DNA from: an uncultured Verrucomicrobiae bacterium
GTDB lineage: Bacteria > Chlamydiota > Chlamydiia > Chlamydiales > Rhabdochlamydiaceae
Reading direction: 5' to 3'
Length of the DNA stretch: 64,000 nucleotides
NCBI GenBank assembly: GCA_963818965.1
Contig: CAWFUG010000009.1
Coordinates: forward strand, 384,001-448,000
In this document: in pieces, positions 59,751-64,000 of the stretch
How positions within the stretch are numbered: position 1 is the first letter of the stretch
Layout of the letters: the number at the start of each line of letters is the position of its first letter
Program-made: the position numbers and the translations under genes
The notes under the pieces: model-generated
What the model was told of the DNA's origin: nothing
The model's database searches: none
Seen by the model: only the letters and a program-made list of their open reading frames with translations

Positions 59751-59824
59751 TTCCCTCTCTGTGGTTTTCCCTCTCTGTGGTTAAAAAATTTTCACCACAG
59801 AGAGTGGAAACCACAGAGAGGGAA
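59751..59824. repeat. Type B ACCACAGAG palindrome
   Basis: TTCCCTCTCTGTGGTTT...AAACCACAGAGAGGGAA. Confidence 0.88.
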
Positions 59825-59830
59825 AAGACC

Positions 59831-60253
59831 TTATATCCCTAGGGAATCGAGGTAATTTTGGAGGATGACGACTGCGGAGAGGCTGTCACTGAGCTGAGCG
59901 CGTTTTTTGCGAGAGACTTCAGCGTCTTTGAGCATCCGATCGACTTGGGAGGAGGTGAGTCTTTCATCCCAAAACAGCACGGGGATGGCGAGGGCTTCGC
60001 CTAGAGCCGTTCCAAAGGCTTTTGCCAAAAGCGCCATGTCTCCCTCTTTGCCGCTGAGCAACAGGGGATGTCCGACGATGATTTTTTCGATAGGACCGAG
60101 GGGGGCAAGCTCTTTTTGGATGAGGGCGATGGTGGCCGTCTTCTCTTTAGCGACGCGAATGGTCGGAAGGCTACGTGCGATGATCTTCCTCTCATCAGAA
60201 ACCGCGAGCCCGATCCGTACCGTTCCAAAATCAACTCCGACAATTCTTCCCAA
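59831..60253 (-). CDS. yqgF: YqgF/RuvX pre-16S rRNA nuclease
   Basis: GVDFGTVRIGLAVSD, WDERLTS, D.LSA..ILQNYLD. Confidence 0.92.
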   Translation of the reverse strand: MGRIVGVDFGTVRIGLAVSDERKIIARSLPTIRVAKEKTATIALIQKELAPLGPIEKIIVGHPLLLSGKEGDMALLAKAFGTALGEALAIPVLFWDERLTSSQVDRMLKDAEVSRKKRAQLSDSLSAVVILQNYLDSLGI

Positions 60254-61877
60254 CGGGCTCTCTCATTTTATTTTTTAGGACAGCGCCGATAAACTCTCGA
60301 AAAAGGGGATGGGGCTCGGCGGGTTTTGATTTGAATTCGGGATGGAACTGGACCCCGAGCATCCACGGATGGTCTTTGATCTCAGCGATCTCGCAGAGAT
60401 CTCCTTCTTCGAAAATGCCCGATAGGATGAGTCCGTTGTCTTCGCAGGCTTGTTTGTAGGTGTTATTGAATTCGAAGCGATGGCGGTGGCGCTCTGAGAT
60501 CTTATTTGTGCCATACGCCAGCTCTGCTTTTGTGCCGGGAAGGACGCGACAAGAAAAGGCGCCGAGGCGCATCGTGCCTCCGAGTTCCTCAACCCCTCTT
60601 TGTTCACTGAGCAAAGAGATGATCGGGTGGGAAGTCGCAGGATCGATTTCTGTCGAGTTCGCATCGTGTAGGTCGAGCACGTGTCTCGCGAATTCGACAC
60701 AGAGCACTTGCATGCCTAGACACAGACCAAAATAGGGGATGTTATTTTCCCTGCAGTACTTCGCCGTCATGATCTTGCCCATCCAGCCCCGCTCTCCAAA
60801 GCCTCCAGGGACGAGATAGCCATCACAGCCACCGATCACCTTTTCGACAGAACCGAGATCGAGTACTTTATCCGATTCGAATCGGCGGATTTCGATCTCG
60901 ACTTGATTAGCGAGAGCCCCATGGTAGAGGGCCTCGAAGACAGATTTATAGGCATCTTGATGCTGTAAATACTTACCGACGATCCCGATGACCACTTTCC
61001 CCTTGGGATTTTTTAAAGTGTGGAGCATCGCTTCCCATTTTAAGAGGTCAGCGCGCTGGGAAGGGAGATTCAGGAGCTGGCAGATTTTATCGTCTAAGTG
61101 TTGGCGGTGTAGATTGAGGGGCACCTCGTAGATGCAAGGGACGTCGGGGATATCGATAACGCCTTCTTTAGAGACGCTGCAAAAGAGACTGATCTTATCC
61201 TTGAGCTCTTCAGAAAGGCTCTCTTCACAACGACAGAGGATCAGATTGGGGATGATCCCGATACTGCGCAATGTCTGTACAGAGTGTTGGGTGGGTTTTG
61301 TCTTGAGCTCTCCTGCCGCTTTTAGAAAGGGGACATAGGTCAGGTGGATGTTGAGACAATCGGAGGGTCTTTCATGGCAGAATTGACGAATCGCTTCAAA
61401 GAAGGGCAAAGATTCGATATCGCCGACGGTCCCGCCGATCTCGACAAGAACGACATCAGTCTGGGGCATTTGTCGTGAGCAAGCGATGATCCTCTGTTTG
61501 ATCTCATCGGTGACATGGGGGATGACTTGCACTGTCTTACCGAGATAATCCCCACGCCGTTCCGATTTGATGACAGCATCATAGATCTGGCCCGAAGTGG
61601 CATTAGAAAGGCGGGAAAGAGGGGTATTGGTCAGGCGGTGGTAATGGCCTAAATCCAAGTCGGTTTCCGCTCCATCGTCTGTGACGTAGACCTCTCCATG
61701 CTGGAAGGGGTTCATCGTGCCTGGATCGACGTTGAGGTAAGGATCGAGCTTTAACATCGCAATTTTGAGGCCTCTGGACTCTAAAAGCATCGCGATGGAA
61801 GCTGAGGTAAGCCCCTTGCCCAGGGAAGAGACCACGCCCCCGCTAATAAAAATATATTTTGTCGATTGCATGCACAA
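60231..61877 (-). CDS. pyrG: CTP synthase
   Basis: GGVVSSLGKG, KLDPYLNVDPG, GLCLGMQ, QFHPEF. Confidence 0.98.
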   Translation of the reverse strand: MCMQSTKYIFISGGVVSSLGKGLTSASIAMLLESRGLKIAMLKLDPYLNVDPGTMNPFQHGEVYVTDDGAETDLDLGHYHRLTNTPLSRLSNATSGQIYDAVIKSERRGDYLGKTVQVIPHVTDEIKQRIIACSRQMPQTDVVLVEIGGTVGDIESLPFFEAIRQFCHERPSDCLNIHLTYVPFLKAAGELKTKPTQHSVQTLRSIGIIPNLILCRCEESLSEELKDKISLFCSVSKEGVIDIPDVPCIYEVPLNLHRQHLDDKICQLLNLPSQRADLLKWEAMLHTLKNPKGKVVIGIVGKYLQHQDAYKSVFEALYHGALANQVEIEIRRFESDKVLDLGSVEKVIGGCDGYLVPGGFGERGWMGKIMTAKYCRENNIPYFGLCLGMQVLCVEFARHVLDLHDANSTEIDPATSHPIISLLSEQRGVEELGGTMRLGAFSCRVLPGTKAELAYGTNKISERHRHRFEFNNTYKQACEDNGLILSGIFEEGDLCEIAEIKDHPWMLGVQFHPEFKSKPAEPHPLFREFIGAVLKNKMREPVGKNCRS

Positions 61878-62037
61878 TCCCCTTACACGTTAAAGAGTAA
61901 AGCTGCATTTTAGGGAGGTGGCGCTCGCTAGTCAATTAAAATAAAAATTTAACAGTTTTAAGGCTTTGGTGCGTTGTTTTTTATTTCCACGTTTTATATA
62001 ATATAATTAAAAACAATATGTATTTTAAATTAATTCT

Positions 62038-64000
62038 ATGAATTCTGTTTTCTTTTCTGATCACACTTTTGTAACGCATCTATTCAGCATTTTTCAGGAA
62101 GATGCGCGACATATGCAGGGCACCGATGCTGCTGGACTGCTCGAAATCGAGCGTCTGAAAAATTGCTCGCAGGTGTGTGAATTGTGGCGCAAATACGCAC
62201 TGGAGCTCTCTTTAGAAGTAAAGGTCCAAGGGACCCGATTCATCCCTATCGCCGATTATACTCCTCGACTCTATGCTGTAGAATATGAGCGTTTTGATTT
62301 GCTCCCCTTTATCGATCGATTAGAGCATGGTTTTACGCTAAAAATGGCCAAAATGAAGCTGAGTGCATTGCATCGGTACGAGATCGATGGGCATTATAAA
62401 GTAGACCAAATCACATTTAATCCCGCCGTAGACCACGTCACGCATCACCACTACTTAGCTCAATGGCTTTATCAGTCTCTGCATCTCTTTTTTTATCACT
62501 TCCCCGTCGACGAAACATGGAATGCTTCCTGTAGAGATAAGGCTTTGCGTGCAGTGAATGATTTTCGTGAGAACAGTTTCTACTGTACCACTTGTTCTGA
62601 GAGTTTTCGAGAATGTAAGCTCGGAGAGGTTCAGAAGGTTTTTGGGAACAAGGCAATCATGTGCGTAGACAGTGCCAGTCAAGTGTGTGGGAATACCCAT
62701 TGGGTGAATTTCCTTATTTATGGAAATCAAATCGCCCTTGCAAACCGGGGGAAAAACTCAGATGATTTACCCGGGGCGTGTATCTATTCCCTGTCAGAGG
62801 TCGATCCTTCAATGCCCATGAATCAATTAATCGATTTTTTTCAATATGTCGAGCCAGACGTTCATCTAAAGCTATCTCATCAAAGGAGTGGCTCTTGTTC
62901 GCGCACTAGTTTTGAGGGAGATTTTCTCAGCCTCATTTTTTTCATTCTAGAGGAGGAACATGCTTTACACGGATTGAAAGACAATAAGACCATCTACCGG
63001 GTTTTCAATGCATGGAGACAAGCGGATCATTCTCAGGGATTATATGAAATCATGCATGAGGATCTGTCGATAAATTATGATCCTCATCTGCTCGTTCGCG
63101 TGCTTGCAGCATTTAATGGATCCCCAGAAGAGGTAGAAACATTTTACGATTTTCTAAGGGATACAAAACAAGTCGATTGGGATTTGATCAATAAAACGGA
63201 AGATACGGCGGGGAAGGTTCCTGTCAATTACATCCCGCTTGAGGATTTTCCTAAGAAAGAGAGGCTTTTTGCTCGAGAACTCATAGCTGCTTATCGCAAT
63301 CAAGCTTTGAAGGAGATTTGGAGAGCCTGCCATTCTCTCTTTGCAAAGAGAGCTGCACCTAAGGTAAACGCTTCCATCGATGAAATTAGGGCCTTTTTTC
63401 TCGATCTGAACAACGCACCTTTATTCGATCGGTGTAGGACCCTCACATTAGCGGGATCTGAGTTAAAGGAGCTGCCTCAAGAGGAAATGAGGATTTTACG
63501 AAAGGTAGATAAGCTGAATCTTTCTTATAATGCATTTAGCCATTTTCCAAAATGGGAGTTTTCCAATTTAAAATGGTTAAATATGGATGTGAATTTGATC
63601 GAGAGCTTTGAAGGGTTTCAAAACGACTCTATTGAGCATCTGTCTGCTAATGGGAATACGATTTCTGTTGTTTCAGATCTAGTTTTTTTAAATCTAAAAA
63701 TTCTCAGTCTTAAAAGGAATGGGTTGTCGGATTTCTCAAATATGAACCTGCCTAATTTAATCATTTTGAATCTTCGTTCTAATGAGATTGAGAAAATTGA
63801 AAATTGTTTTTTTCCAAAACTGAAGAAGCTCTCTTTGGATGAGAATCTGTTAACCGAGATTCCCGATTCTATCCGCAATCTCTCTGAATTGGAAATACTC
63901 TCGCTGTCTGAAAATGATATTTCTGAAGTCAATGGCTTGAACTTTCCCAATTTGTCTTGGTGGGATCTTTCAGCAAATCAACTGACTGCAGTTCCCGATC
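62038..64000 (+). CDS. F-box-like + putative papain-like domain + leucine-rich-repeat protein; runs off the right edge
   Basis: Hand translation is open from ATG 62038 to the end of the window. Motifs: CSQVCELW; H...NRG...QRSGSCS; LRRs from about 63430 (e.g. FPKLKKLSLDENLLTEIP). Confidence 0.85.
   Translation, partial: MNSVFFSDHTFVTHLFSIFQEDARHMQGTDAAGLLEIERLKNCSQVCELWRKYALELSLEVKVQGTRFIPIADYTPRLYAVEYERFDLLPFIDRLEHGFTLKMAKMKLSALHRYEIDGHYKVDQITFNPAVDHVTHHHYLAQWLYQSLHLFFYHFPVDETWNASCRDKALRAVNDFRENSFYCTTCSESFRECKLGEVQKVFGNKAIMCVDSASQVCGNTHWVNFLIYGNQIALANRGKNSDDLPGACIYSLSEVDPSMPMNQLIDFFQYVEPDVHLKLSHQRSGSCSRTSFEGDFLSLIFFILEEEHALHGLKDNKTIYRVFNAWRQADHSQGLYEIMHEDLSINYDPHLLVRVLAAFNGSPEEVETFYDFLRDTKQVDWDLINKTEDTAGKVPVNYIPLEDFPKKERLFARELIAAYRNQALKEIWRACHSLFAKRAAPKVNASIDEIRAFFLDLNNAPLFDRCRTLTLAGSELKELPQEEMRILRKVDKLNLSYNAFSHFPKWEFSNLKWLNMDVNLIESFEGFQNDSIEHLSANGNTISVVSDLVFLNLKILSLKRNGLSDFSNMNLPNLIILNLRSNEIEKIENCFFPKLKKLSLDENLLTEIPDSIRNLSELEILSLSENDISEVNGLNFPNLSWWDLSANQLTAVPD

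Noticed and set aside
18886..59824. CRISPR array from the recurring ACCACAGAG repeats
   Set aside because: The repeats are dispersed inverted pairs without regular unique spacers, and there are no cas genes
62438..63950. Short minus-strand ORFs near the right edge
   Set aside because: They are shadows of the long plus-strand ORF starting at 62038

Overview
This is a 64-kb chromosomal window from an environmental chlamydia (Chlamydiota). That assignment is inferred from the infC-rpmI-rplT-pheS block, a Chlamydia-type yhhQ-tgt pair and many eukaryote-like F-box genes. Core genes include two tRNAs, translation genes, tdk, ndk, pyrG, yqgF, mlaEFD, an EmrAB-OMF pump and a Pit transporter. They alternate with candidate host-directed effectors, including eight F-box-like genes. 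The most notable observations are: (1) five tandem membrane-anchored or lipoprotein paralogs with protein-kinase-like motifs (43062-47610); (2) an intact ThrRS paralog upstream of infC, abutting tRNA-Val, that has lost its zinc ligands and editing histidines; (3) an F-box + papain-like His/Asn/Cys + LRR protein missed by the ORF track; (4) a frameshifted Ser/Thr-rich NADAR protein; (5) Ndk and SpeE carrying signal peptides; (6) several families of small palindromic elements, including a 166-bp MITE nested in another repeat whose empty site is also in the window. I found no CRISPR array, rRNA, transposase or integrase. All calls are by eye; no searches were run.
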